Part shown: in pieces, positions 48,209 through 57,629 of the stretch | How positions within the stretch are numbered: the stretch's first letter is position 1 | Layout: each line of letters starts with the position of its first letter | NCBI GenBank assembly: GCA_009776305.1 | Contig: WRLY01000003.1 | Location: 72,068 to 136,067 of the forward strand | Length of the DNA stretch: 64,000 bases | Source: Oscillospiraceae bacterium | Lineage (GTDB): Bacteria > Bacillota > Clostridia > Oscillospirales > Ruminococcaceae | Reading direction: 5' to 3' | Notes under the pieces: generated by a model | What the model saw: the letters and a program-made list of their open reading frames with translations, nothing else | What the model was told of the DNA's origin: nothing | Database searches by the model: none | Program-made: the position numbers and the translations under genes

Positions 48209-49534
48209 ATGGCTGAAATAAGAGCTTTCAGAGGTCTGCGTTACGACGAAAAGGCAGGAGACATCGGCAGTCTTTGCTGTCCGCCCTACGACATCATCTC
48301 AAAAGAGGAGCGGTTGCGCTACCTTGAAAAAAATCCTTATAACATAATAAGACTTGAACTGCCGGAAGCCCTTTCCGATAGCCCTAATCTTGACGTTTAT
48401 GCCACTGCGGGGCAATTTTTACGCGACTGGTTAGGCAGAGGCATACTTAAAAACGAACCTAACGAATGTATTTATATCTATGAAATGGAATTTGAGGTAT
48501 ACGGGCAAAAGAAAAGCGTCACCGGCTTTATTTCGCTTATTAAGTTAGAGGAATTCTCTAAAGGAATAGTACTCCCCCATGAAGAAACCCTCTCTAAAGC
48601 CAAAACCGACCGTTTCAACCTTATGAAAGCCACCAACTGCAATTTCAGTCAAATTTACTCGCTTTATAACGACCAAAGCGGGGAAATTGCCGTGCTTTTG
48701 AACGAGGCAAAAAAAGAAAGTCCAACCTCAAGTTTCACTGACGGCGACGGCGTTACCCATAAGCTTTGGGTTATAGATACGGCAAGCCCCGCTTCATTCA
48801 TTGGAAAGCTCACAGCTCTGATGGCTCCGAAAAAGGTCTATATTGCCGACGGTCATCACCGCTACGAAACCGCACTGAATTACAGAAACTCACACTCCGC
48901 ACAGAGCGTAGGCTCCAATGAGAGAGGAACGGCAGACTATGTGCCGATGATGTTGGTAAACATGGAAAACGATGGCTTGGTCGTATTCCCGACACACAGA
49001 ATCGTTCGCGATTTAGGCGGATATGAACAAAATGAAATTCTGAACAAATGTGAGGAATTTTTTGAAATCACGCCGAATCTCAACCGCGAAAATGCCCAAA
49101 ACACTCTCAACCAAGCCTATGCAAAAGGCGAAAAGGCTTTCGCGTTGTATTCAGGCGGTAATAATTTCGTTTGTTTAAAATTAAAATGCGGGGACGGGGG
49201 AGCTGCCTCGATTATGAATGAATTTATGCCGGGTGCAAGCGAGGCATTACGGGGCTTGGACGTAAGTGTCCTGCATACGTTAGTGCTTGAACGAATTTTC
49301 GGCATTGACAAAGAGAATATGGCAAACCAGGTCAACCTGACTTACACCAGAAACACTGATGAAGCTATTTCCGCAGTAGACGATAAACGCGCCAACTGCT
49401 GTTTCCTGCTCAACCCCACCCGAGTTGATGAAATAAGCGGCGTGGCGGCGGCTGGAGAGAAGATGCCACAAAAGTCAACTTATTTCTACCCCAAGTTGAC
49501 TACAGGGCTTGTAATGAATCAGATTGTAAAATAA
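48209..49534 (+). CDS. DUF1015 domain protein
   Basis: CPPYDII, VLPHEETL, YIADGHHRYETA, PTHR, KMPQKSTYFYPKL. Start is ATG 48209 after AGGAG; the upstream extension in the ORF track is repeat element. Confidence 0.92.
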   Translation: MAEIRAFRGLRYDEKAGDIGSLCCPPYDIISKEERLRYLEKNPYNIIRLELPEALSDSPNLDVYATAGQFLRDWLGRGILKNEPNECIYIYEMEFEVYGQKKSVTGFISLIKLEEFSKGIVLPHEETLSKAKTDRFNLMKATNCNFSQIYSLYNDQSGEIAVLLNEAKKESPTSSFTDGDGVTHKLWVIDTASPASFIGKLTALMAPKKVYIADGHHRYETALNYRNSHSAQSVGSNERGTADYVPMMLVNMENDGLVVFPTHRIVRDLGGYEQNEILNKCEEFFEITPNLNRENAQNTLNQAYAKGEKAFALYSGGNNFVCLKLKCGDGGAASIMNEFMPGASEALRGLDVSVLHTLVLERIFGIDKENMANQVNLTYTRNTDEAISAVDDKRANCCFLLNPTRVDEISGVAAAGEKMPQKSTYFYPKLTTGLVMNQIVK

Positions 49535-49550
49535 AAAAAGTGCGCGCATA

Positions 49551-49590
49551 AAAAAAGCGTTAGATTTTGTTCAAATCTAACGCTTTTTTT
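49551..49590. terminator. Bidirectional terminator
   Basis: AAAAAAGCGTTAGATTT ... AAATCTAACGCTTTTTT. Confidence 0.85.
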
Positions 49591-49593
49591 ATT

Positions 49594-51216
49594 TTAAAAA
49601 TACTTCGCATTTCTATAACATATTGCTCTTGAGAAAGGATTAAAAACCAACCCTTCGATTCTTTTGCCGTAGAAAAACTGCTCGGTTTGATAACTGACGG
49701 GGACAAAGACCGCATGGCTTAACAGCATATCCTCAGCCTGCCTGTAAAGTGCCGCGCTTTCCTCCATGTCCGTGGAATGTCTTGCCTGCACCAGAATATC
49801 GTTATATTCGGAAGCGGGATAAGGAATACTTGCAATACTGCCCCCGAAAAGGCTTAAATAAGCGTCGGGACTGTTGTAATCGCCCGTAAGCTTTACCATG
49901 GCAATGTCAAAATCGCCGTTATTGAGTGCTTTGGCGAATTCATCTTCCGGAAGCGCTTTTATAGTACAGAAAAAGCCGAGCGTTGCCTGCCAGTCCTGCG
50001 ATATGCGGCTCAAGATTTCAAACGCAGTGCCGATGGAAATTTCACGATTTTCAGGTATAATGACCGAGAGACCTGTCAGGTTTTCGTAACCCTCGGCTTT
50101 TGCACCCTTTTCATAAGCCTCCCGAGCTTTAACAGGCTCATAATTCAAGGACTTAGCCTCTCCCACCGCTATGCGGTAAGGGGTGTTACCATGGTTAATC
50201 AGCGGCGGCACTACGTCAAAAGCCGAACGCCAACCGTTTCTGTCAACGTTTATATGCTCTCTGTCAAATCCGGTCGCTAACGCAAACCTTAAATCAGGGT
50301 TTTGAAAGACTCCGCTTGTGTTAAAGGTAATTCCCCAAACGGAATTTTCAAAGCTGTCATAAGGATAACTCCTCGACATAAGTGCTACCGCCGACTCCCC
50401 TTCGGCTATAATCGAGTGAACGTTGCCACTTAAAAAATGTACCAGCGGGTCGGTTTCACCGATAAAGAAATTTAAACCCAACGGGTAAATTCTATCAGCT
50501 TGGCTGTTTTTACTGTTACGCCGCATTATTATAATGTTATTGTTGGCGCTGTAAGGGTCGTAGCTCCATCTTGATATGTAAAACGCGCCGTTTGACGGTA
50601 TTTGAGCCTCATTCAAACCGTAACGCCCTGCTGTTTTTTCAAAAAGCTCCTCGTTGCAGGGCATGGCGGGTGATGTTGTAAGTAAATAGGGGAAAAGCGG
50701 ATAGGGGTATTCTAACGTGAAAATAAGCTCATGGTCATTTACGGCTTCAACCCCTATTGCATCAAGGTAAGGTATTTCACCTTTATGCACCTTCTCGGAA
50801 TTTTTTATGCTGTAAAAAAGACGGGCGTTTTCAGATTTTACAGCAGGGTTAAACATCCGCCTGAAAGCAAAGACAAAATCCCGCGCCGTACAGGCAACGG
50901 AAAAATCCCCGTCGTAATACCAGTATATATCGTCCCTCAGAAAAAAAGTATAGGTCAGCCCGTCGTCGGAAATAAAATACTCCGTGGCGATATTGGCGAT
51001 TATACTGCCGCCGCTGTCAACCTGAAGAAGCCCGTCATACAGGTTTGAAATAAGCAAAGCGGCGGTTTGACCCGTCGCGGTTTGCGGGTCTAATGTGCGC
51101 GGGTTTAACGGAATATCATATTTAAAAATAAAATCGCTCCCGTCTTTTTCATCGCATCCCGTCATAAAAAAACATAAAGTCACGGCAATAATTAAAGCGA
51201 TTATTCTCCTGCTCAA
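49594..51216 (-). CDS. OppA-like peptide ABC substrate-binding lipoprotein
   Basis: Lipobox MTGC, PRTLDPQ, NLYDGL, SDDGLTYTFFLR, TARDFVFAFRR. Confidence 0.9.
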   Translation of the reverse strand: MSRRIIALIIAVTLCFFMTGCDEKDGSDFIFKYDIPLNPRTLDPQTATGQTAALLISNLYDGLLQVDSGGSIIANIATEYFISDDGLTYTFFLRDDIYWYYDGDFSVACTARDFVFAFRRMFNPAVKSENARLFYSIKNSEKVHKGEIPYLDAIGVEAVNDHELIFTLEYPYPLFPYLLTTSPAMPCNEELFEKTAGRYGLNEAQIPSNGAFYISRWSYDPYSANNNIIIMRRNSKNSQADRIYPLGLNFFIGETDPLVHFLSGNVHSIIAEGESAVALMSRSYPYDSFENSVWGITFNTSGVFQNPDLRFALATGFDREHINVDRNGWRSAFDVVPPLINHGNTPYRIAVGEAKSLNYEPVKAREAYEKGAKAEGYENLTGLSVIIPENREISIGTAFEILSRISQDWQATLGFFCTIKALPEDEFAKALNNGDFDIAMVKLTGDYNSPDAYLSLFGGSIASIPYPASEYNDILVQARHSTDMEESAALYRQAEDMLLSHAVFVPVSYQTEQFFYGKRIEGLVFNPFSRAICYRNAKYF

Positions 51217-51232
51217 TTAAAACAACCTTTCC

Positions 51233-51724
51233 TTAGTCGGCTAAAACTACAATTTCGCCCGAAATAATGCTTTGCTTGCAATCAATTACTCGTTGGTTTT
51301 CACTGCCTTTGAATTTTAACTTATAGCTTGCCTGCTCCCCGATAAACTTGCCGTCAACCAGCACATCGATTCTTTCTAAAAGTTTTTTTACAAAAGGCTC
51401 CCGACTGTTCAGCAAATCTTCAAAATCATACCCTGTGAAACAATATATATTGTATTTTTTCAACTTTTCGGCGAGTTCGACAAAAGCTTCCGGCTGGCAA
51501 AAAGGTTCTCCCCCGGTGAAAGTAATGCCGTCAGTGAGAGGATATTTGTTTACTGACATAACTATTTTTTCAGTGTCGTAGTATTTTCCGCCGTCAAAGT
51601 CGTGGGTATGCGGATTATGACAGTCCTTACATTTATGGGGGCAACCTTGTGCAAAAATCGCAAAACGGTAGCCCGGACCGTCAACTATGGATTCGGGAAC
51701 TATGCCCGCTAACTTTACTTGCAT
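51233..51724 (-). CDS. nrdG: Anaerobic ribonucleotide reductase activating protein
   Basis: [19 protein letters not shown] radical-SAM motif, [16 protein letters not shown]. Confidence 0.93.
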   Translation of the reverse strand: MQVKLAGIVPESIVDGPGYRFAIFAQGCPHKCKDCHNPHTHDFDGGKYYDTEKIVMSVNKYPLTDGITFTGGEPFCQPEAFVELAEKLKKYNIYCFTGYDFEDLLNSREPFVKKLLERIDVLVDGKFIGEQASYKLKFKGSENQRVIDCKQSIISGEIVVLAD

Positions 51725-51929
51725 TAATGCTGTACTTCCTCATCATATTCTTCAATAACAAATTCGCCTCTGTATTTTATTCTACATTAAATTTATAAAT
51801 ATTTCAATATCTTTTAATAATTTTCCCGATTTTATAACAAACTATATTATTTTAATATAATATACTGCCCTATGCCAATTCGCTATAAAACATTTTTTCT
51901 ATTGCGTCTCTTTTTTTCAAAATATTGCG

Positions 51930-52748
51930 TCACTTCATAACTTTCCGAAATTTGCCTATGAGCGTAAATAAAATAAAAACGAGCAGATTTACTGCCACTA
52001 CGCAAGCACCCGGAGGAAGCGAATAATAAAAAGTTATAATAAGCCCCGCCGTGAAACATATAACCGAGGTTATGGCGGAGCAAATTACGGTAGCTTTAAA
52101 CCCGCCGAATATTCTCATTGCCGAAAGCGGCGGGAAAATAATTAACCCCGAGATAAGTAACGCCCCCATAAACCTCATTCCAATCACAATGATTACCGAA
52201 GTCAGGACGGCAAGCAGGGTGTTATAAAGCGATACGTTTATACCGGAGGCTTTTGCGAAGTTTTCATCAAAAGTAACTAAAAATATTTTATTATAAAAAA
52301 TAATATAAAGGGCAATTATTACGGCAGAGCATATCACACTGACTATAACATCGGATTTGTCAAGGGCAAATATACTCCCGAACATGTAGCGGTTTATATC
52401 ATTGCGGACATTGAAATGGGTCATCAGAATAAGCCCGCCCGCAAGCGCCCCCGATGAAATTACAGCAATCAGCGCATCGCCTTTAATTTTGCCGTTTTTA
52501 CTTACGCGGAGCAGGAAAACCGCGGCGATTCCCACAATGGGAATCGCCGCCCAGGTCGGGAGCGGATTTATTGCCGCCGTAAGCGCGAACGCCCCAAAAC
52601 CAACATGCGCCAATCCGTCGCCTATCATGGAATAACGCTTTAACACAAGGTTCACACCGAGCAAAGACGCACAAAGCGAGGTCAACACACCCGCAATCAA
52701 GGCATACCTCATGAAGTCAAAAGAAAACATTTGCACTAAAAAATACAC
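51930..52748 (-). CDS. Zn/Mn ABC transporter permease (ZnuB-like)
   Basis: LVLKRYSMIGDGLAHVGFG, YMFGSI, TFDENFAKASG. Confidence 0.92.
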   Translation of the reverse strand: MYFLVQMFSFDFMRYALIAGVLTSLCASLLGVNLVLKRYSMIGDGLAHVGFGAFALTAAINPLPTWAAIPIVGIAAVFLLRVSKNGKIKGDALIAVISSGALAGGLILMTHFNVRNDINRYMFGSIFALDKSDVIVSVICSAVIIALYIIFYNKIFLVTFDENFAKASGINVSLYNTLLAVLTSVIIVIGMRFMGALLISGLIIFPPLSAMRIFGGFKATVICSAITSVICFTAGLIITFYYSLPPGACVVAVNLLVFILFTLIGKFRKVMK

Positions 52749-52813
52749 TCCAAGTTATATTATTATTACTCAAATACTGTCTGCGGCAGGCTACCGTATT
52801 ATTTTAGGGCGGT

Positions 52814-53533
52814 TCATATTGCCCCGGTCGGCGCATCGGCGCCGACCATTTCTTTATAAAGGGTCGTTTGTTTATATTCTTCAACCATGCCGAAAAAGCC
52901 GTGGTCTTCCTTATCCGAAATATGCAGGATTTTGTCGGCGTTGGCAACAGCACCCGCTAAGTCATGGGTTACCATAATTACGGTCATGTCTTCGTTTTTA
53001 TGAAGCACGCCTATTAATTCGTACAGCTCCGCTCTTACAACGGGGTCAAGCCCTGTCGCAGGCTCGTCAAGAAGTAACAGTTTTTCCGCCGCGCAAAGTG
53101 CCCGCGCAATTAAAATCCGCTGTTTCTGCCCACCCGAAAGGTCTCTGAAACGGCGTTTTTCAAGCTCTGAAACCCGCAGTTTTTCCAAAGCTACTCTGGT
53201 TTTTTCCCTTTGCTTATCTTTGTAAAAAGGCAAAAAACCCATGCCGTTAAGACAACCTGAAAGCACTACTTCACCCGCAGTTACAGGGAAATCCTCCGAA
53301 ACGGGGGTATGCTGAGGCAAATATCCTATTTCACTGCGCTTGACGTTGGTCAGTTCAAGACCGCCTTTATGTTTCAAAAGTCCTAATATGCCTTTTACAA
53401 GGGTGCTTTTTCCCGAGCCGTTCTCCCCTACTATTGTGAGAAACTCCCCCCGCTTAACGCTGAATGAAAGATTGCAAAGTACGGTGTGATTCTCATAGCA
53501 CATGCACAGGTTTTTACATTTAATCATTTCCAT
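52814..53533 (-). CDS. Zn/Mn ABC transporter ATPase (ZnuC-like)
   Basis: GENGSGKS, GYLPQ, LSGGQKQR, LLDEP, VTHD. Confidence 0.93.
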   Translation of the reverse strand: MEMIKCKNLCMCYENHTVLCNLSFSVKRGEFLTIVGENGSGKSTLVKGILGLLKHKGGLELTNVKRSEIGYLPQHTPVSEDFPVTAGEVVLSGCLNGMGFLPFYKDKQREKTRVALEKLRVSELEKRRFRDLSGGQKQRILIARALCAAEKLLLLDEPATGLDPVVRAELYELIGVLHKNEDMTVIMVTHDLAGAVANADKILHISDKEDHGFFGMVEEYKQTTLYKEMVGADAPTGAI

Positions 53534-53960
53534 AAGCCGCCTCACAACTATTTTCCGCGTCACAATCATGACATCTGCCGTAAAATACGGTTTTTGTATT
53601 GTCTATATTAAAATCATGGTCACTTTTCACATGGGTTTCTATATCGGAAAGATAATCACATTCTATATGAAAAAGCTTGCCGCAGTCACCGCATTTTAAG
53701 TGAAAATGCTCACGGCAGACATCCCGACAGATAAGTTGATAGCAGGCGCCGCCCGGAGCAGAGGTTCTGCTTTCGGCGGTGTATTTCCGCACCATTCCGG
53801 ATTCAAGCAAAAGGTCAAGATAGCGGTAGACAGTTGCCTTGCCGACCAATTCCCCGTCTGCTTTAAGCGCCGAAACTATTTCTTCGGCGGTAAGGTGGCG
53901 GTCTTTTTGTTCTTTTAATAAATTTAAGATTAATTTACGTTGTTTTGTCGAATAACTCAT
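53520..53960 (-). CDS. Fur-family repressor (probably Zur)
   Basis: HLTAEEI, GKATVYRYL, HFHLKCGDCG, YGRCHDC; first gene of a metal ABC operon. Confidence 0.9.
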   Translation of the reverse strand: MSYSTKQRKLILNLLKEQKDRHLTAEEIVSALKADGELVGKATVYRYLDLLLESGMVRKYTAESRTSAPGGACYQLICRDVCREHFHLKCGDCGKLFHIECDYLSDIETHVKSDHDFNIDNTKTVFYGRCHDCDAENSCEAAYGND

Positions 53961-54011
53961 TTTTTCCTCGCAGACGCACATTATACGTCTAATATTTTAG
54001 AAATTTCTGAA

Positions 54012-54058
54012 TTTGATTCTCATTCTCATATTATAATATATTTTTATGTATATGTCAA
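54012..54058 (-). promoter_or_regulatory. sigmaA promoter with a Fur/Zur-like box
   Basis: TTGACA-17-TATAAT (54058-54030), followed at once by TGAGAATGAGAATCA. Confidence 0.75.
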
Positions 54059-54080
54059 TACAGGACAAACTATACCGTAA

Positions 54081-54144
54081 TATTGTCTTTTGCGGCTTGC
54101 ATTATATTGTCTGTAGCGGCTTAACTTATATTGCCCGTGGCGAC
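54081..54144 (+). repeat. Three imperfect direct repeats at a 24-bp period upstream of sigG
   Basis: TATTGTCTTTTGCGGC (54081), TATTGTCTGTAGCGGC (54105), TATTGCCCGTGGCGAC (54129). Confidence 0.7.
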
Positions 54145-54327
54145 ACGCCGCCCAAAAATTTACATAAGAAAAAAGCGAATAAAGAAATCCGCTTTGTCAA
54201 TACTTTTAATATGAAACCGGAGAGTTGCCGGTTCTGAGAGCCTGCTTTTTTAAGTAACGGTTTTTGCGATGCGGCGTGTTCAAATCACCCGCTTATATTT
54301 TTTATAATTTTTAAGGAGTGATTTGAA

Positions 54328-54639
54328 TTGTATTATAACAAGGTTGAAATCAGCGGCGTTAATACTGCCAACTTAAAAGTTTTAAAGGAGGCGGAAAAAC
54401 TCGAACTGCTCCATAAGATAAAAAGCGGCGACATGAAAGCCCGCGAAGACTTAATCAACGGGAATTTACGGTTAGTGTTGAGCGTAATTCAGCGTTTTTC
54501 AGGGCGCGGTGAAAACCCCGACGACCTGTTCCAGGTGGGTTGCATAGGTCTGATAAAATCTATTGACAATTTTGATACGTCGTTGAACGTGAAGTTCAGC
54601 ACTTACGCAGTGCCGATGAATGTCTGTAGTGGAAATTAA
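54328..54639 (+). CDS. sigG: Sporulation sigma factor G, 5' half only (interrupted after YAVPM at 54618)
   Basis: SigG-type N-terminus NKVEISGVNTANLKVL and region 2 GNLRLVLSVIQRF..RGENPDDLFQVGCIGLIKSIDNFD..KFSTYAVPM. It then reads NVCSGN* instead of the expected IIGEIRRYLRD. Confidence 0.92.
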   Translation: MYYNKVEISGVNTANLKVLKEAEKLELLHKIKSGDMKAREDLINGNLRLVLSVIQRFSGRGENPDDLFQVGCIGLIKSIDNFDTSLNVKFSTYAVPMNVCSGN

Positions 54640-54712
54640 TGTTTTTTATTTAAAAACGAAGTGATATGGAATTGTATGCCATTTCAGCAATCACCCCTTA
54701 TTTTATAGTTAT

Positions 54713-54742
54713 ATTATACCTTATTTTTTATGGTTGTGTCAA
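54713..54742 (-). promoter_or_regulatory. sigmaA-type promoter facing the sigG breakpoint
   Basis: TTGACA-18-TATAAT on the minus strand, divergent from the malQ promoter (TTGACA-17-TAAAAT, 54783-54811). Confidence 0.6.
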
Positions 54743-54861
54743 TATATACATATTTCCGATTTACCTAAAAAATCTTTCTGAATTGACATAAAACTAATTT
54801 TATGTTAAAATCTTATATATAAATATTTCCGGCGCTACGGCAGATAAAGGAGAGAGTAAAA

Positions 54862-56379
54862 ATGAGAAAAAGCGGCGTATTATTACCTATTTCAAGTATT
54901 CCGTCAAAGTACGGCATAGGGACCTTCGGAAGAAAAGCGTATGAATTCGTAGATTTTTTAGAAAAGGCGGGGCAAAGCTACTGGCAAATCCTGCCGCTCG
55001 GTCCGACCGGATTCGGCGATTCCCCGTACCAGTCCTTTTCCACATTCGCGGGAAATCCATACTATATTGACCTTGAACTGTTGCTGCTTGAAGGCTTGCT
55101 GACAAATAAACACATCAGCGAATATACCAAAGACTGCGTTTCCGACAATGGGGAAAAAAACGTGGATTATGAAAATTTATATAATACCCGCTTTACGATT
55201 CTTTATGAGGCTTTCAAGACTTTCAGTAAAAACAATCATCATGACGAGCCGCAGTACCGTGAATTTTGCGATAAAAATAAATATTGGCTTGACGATTACG
55301 CGCTTTTCATGGCTGTAAAGGAAAACGCTTTTGACGGCAAGGGTTTCTGCGACTGGGACAAGGACATTAAATTGCGCGAGGAAAGCGCGATTGCCGCTTA
55401 TACCAAAGAATATAAAGAGAAAATATCCTTTTATAAATTTCAGCAGTATTATTTTATGAAACAATGGTTGCCGCTTAAAGAATACGCCAATGAAAAAGGG
55501 ATTCAAATTATAGGCGATATTCCCATATACGTGGCGTATGACAGCGCCGATACTTGGGCAGAGCCGAATCTGTTTCTTTTTGACCAAACGCTTACCCCTA
55601 CTGTAGTAGCGGGTTGCCCCCCGCAACCTCACGAGACGTCCGGCGGTCAAATCTGGGGCAATCCGCTTTATAACTGGGAAGAACATAAAAACACAGGTTA
55701 TGCCTGGTGGAAACGCCGTATGGAACATTCTTACGAGCTGTATAATATAGTACGCATTGACCACTTTTTGAGCTTTGACCAATATTACACAATTCCTTAC
55801 GGCTCTGAAACGGCTGAATTCGGAACTTTAGAACAGGGTCCGGGGTATGATTTATTTGAAAAAATTATGTTTTCCGATAATCAGAATGACAAAAAAGTCT
55901 CGGCAAAGGTAATCGCAGAGGATTTGGGTACTGTAACCGAATCGGCGAAACAGCTTATAGAGCGGACGGGATTCCCCGGCATGAAGATTATGCAGTACGC
56001 CTTTAACTGCGGGTTTGAAAGCGACCATCTCCCGCATAATCATATTAAAAATTGCGTTGTTTATACCGGTACTCACGACAATGACACGGTTGTCGGCTGG
56101 TGGAACAGCTTGAACCAGTGGGATAAAAACTTCGCCGAAAAGTACATGAACATAAAAAGCGGGCAAGACATAAACTGGTCTCTGCTTAAAGCCGCTTTGG
56201 CAAGCGTTGCTGATACCGTAATTATACCTATGCAGGATTATTTGGGGTTGGATTCAGACGCGAGGTTGAATTCCCCGTCTACTATGGGCAAAAACTGGGT
56301 GTGGCGTATGGCGGAAAAAGATATAAACGATGAATTGGCGGAGAAAATATACGAGATTACAAAAGTATTCTGGCGGTAA
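54862..56379 (+). CDS. malQ: 4-alpha-glucanotransferase (GH77)
   Basis: WQILPLGP, DSPYQSFSTFAGNP, IIGDIPIYVA, RIDHF, IAEDLG, YTGTHDNDT. Confidence 0.93.
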   Translation: MRKSGVLLPISSIPSKYGIGTFGRKAYEFVDFLEKAGQSYWQILPLGPTGFGDSPYQSFSTFAGNPYYIDLELLLLEGLLTNKHISEYTKDCVSDNGEKNVDYENLYNTRFTILYEAFKTFSKNNHHDEPQYREFCDKNKYWLDDYALFMAVKENAFDGKGFCDWDKDIKLREESAIAAYTKEYKEKISFYKFQQYYFMKQWLPLKEYANEKGIQIIGDIPIYVAYDSADTWAEPNLFLFDQTLTPTVVAGCPPQPHETSGGQIWGNPLYNWEEHKNTGYAWWKRRMEHSYELYNIVRIDHFLSFDQYYTIPYGSETAEFGTLEQGPGYDLFEKIMFSDNQNDKKVSAKVIAEDLGTVTESAKQLIERTGFPGMKIMQYAFNCGFESDHLPHNHIKNCVVYTGTHDNDTVVGWWNSLNQWDKNFAEKYMNIKSGQDINWSLLKAALASVADTVIIPMQDYLGLDSDARLNSPSTMGKNWVWRMAEKDINDELAEKIYEITKVFWR

Positions 56380-56430
56380 ACGGGAAAATAAGAACCTGTA
56401 CATAATTTATTGAAAGAATGGTACTTAAAA

Positions 56431-57627
56431 ATGACTAAAAAAGCACCTTTATTGTTAAGCGCGGCGTTGCTTATGGCAACCTCTGCCGTGGGTCCCGGTT
56501 TTTTAACCCAGACGGCGAATTTTACGGGAGAGTTTCAGGGTAGTTTCGGATTTGTTATTTTAGCGGCAGCTTTACTGGCGGCAATTGTTCAGCTAAACAT
56601 TTGGCGGGTTTTATGTGTATCGGGTCTGCGCGGGCAGGACGTAGCCAATCGCTTATTGCCGGGACTCGGTTATTTTGTAAGTTTCCTTGTGGTACTTGGG
56701 GGCATTGTCTTTAACATAGGAAATGTGGGAGGCGGCGCACTTGGGTTTAACGCCTTGCTCGGTATACCCGAAATGGCAGGTTACTTTTTGACGGGTGGTT
56801 TGGCGATTGCCGTCTTTTTGATGAAAGACGCGTTAAAAGCTATGGACAGACTGGTTAAGGTGTTAGCCGCACTCATGCTCCTGCTTATTTTAGTGGTAAT
56901 TTTTATTGTGCAGCCTCCGGTTGGAATGGCGCTTAAAGAAAGCATTATGCCCTCTGAGCCTTTTGTCAACCTTTTCTTCCCCATTATCACAATCCTCGGC
57001 GGCACTGTCGGCGGCTACATAACCTTTGCAGGCGCTCATAGAATGATTGACGCCAAAGTAACAAAGGAAGAAAATCTGCCTCAGGTAAAGAAAACCGCTT
57101 TAATGGGCGTGGGTATTGCCACGTTGGTGCGTATACTTTTGTTTTTATCGGTATTGGGCGTGGTTGTGGGCGGTCATGTTCTTGACGCATCAAACCCCGC
57201 CGCCGACGCTTTCAAAATTGCTTTAGGAGAAATCGGTTATCGCTTTTTCGGATTAGTACTTTTTTGCGCAGCAATTACTTCAGTTGTGGGGGCGGCTTAT
57301 ACTTCGGTGTCCTTTCTTAAAACTTTCCACAGCTCAATTGAAAAGAATGAAAAATGGGTGATTACGACTTTTATCGCATTTTCTACCATTATTATGGCGG
57401 TACTCGGAAGACCCGCGGTTTTGCTTGTTGTTGCGGGAGCATTTAACGGTTTAATTCTTCCCGTTACGCTGGGGGTCTGCCTTGTGGCTTCAAGGAATAA
57501 GCGGATTATGGGAGAAAGCTATAAGCACCCCTTATGGCTGTCGCTGTCGGGAATTGTCGTTTTAGTTTTGACCGCCTATTTGGGAATTCAGGCTTTGGAA
57601 GGCATTTTAAATTTGTTTAGGGTTTAA
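56431..57627 (+). CDS. YcsG-like NRAMP-family transporter
   Basis: LMATSAVGPGFLTQT, GGTVGGYITFAGAHR, AAITSVVGAAYTSVSF; adjacent to the pxp genes. Confidence 0.88.
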   Translation: MTKKAPLLLSAALLMATSAVGPGFLTQTANFTGEFQGSFGFVILAAALLAAIVQLNIWRVLCVSGLRGQDVANRLLPGLGYFVSFLVVLGGIVFNIGNVGGGALGFNALLGIPEMAGYFLTGGLAIAVFLMKDALKAMDRLVKVLAALMLLLILVVIFIVQPPVGMALKESIMPSEPFVNLFFPIITILGGTVGGYITFAGAHRMIDAKVTKEENLPQVKKTALMGVGIATLVRILLFLSVLGVVVGGHVLDASNPAADAFKIALGEIGYRFFGLVLFCAAITSVVGAAYTSVSFLKTFHSSIEKNEKWVITTFIAFSTIIMAVLGRPAVLLVVAGAFNGLILPVTLGVCLVASRNKRIMGESYKHPLWLSLSGIVVLVLTAYLGIQALEGILNLFRV

Positions 57628-57629
57628 AG

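Noticed and set aside
54619-54860. Group I/II intron or IS as the cause of the sigG break
   Set aside because: There is no GTGCG 5' end, RT/maturase, transposase or terminal repeat; the sequence is short and AT-rich.
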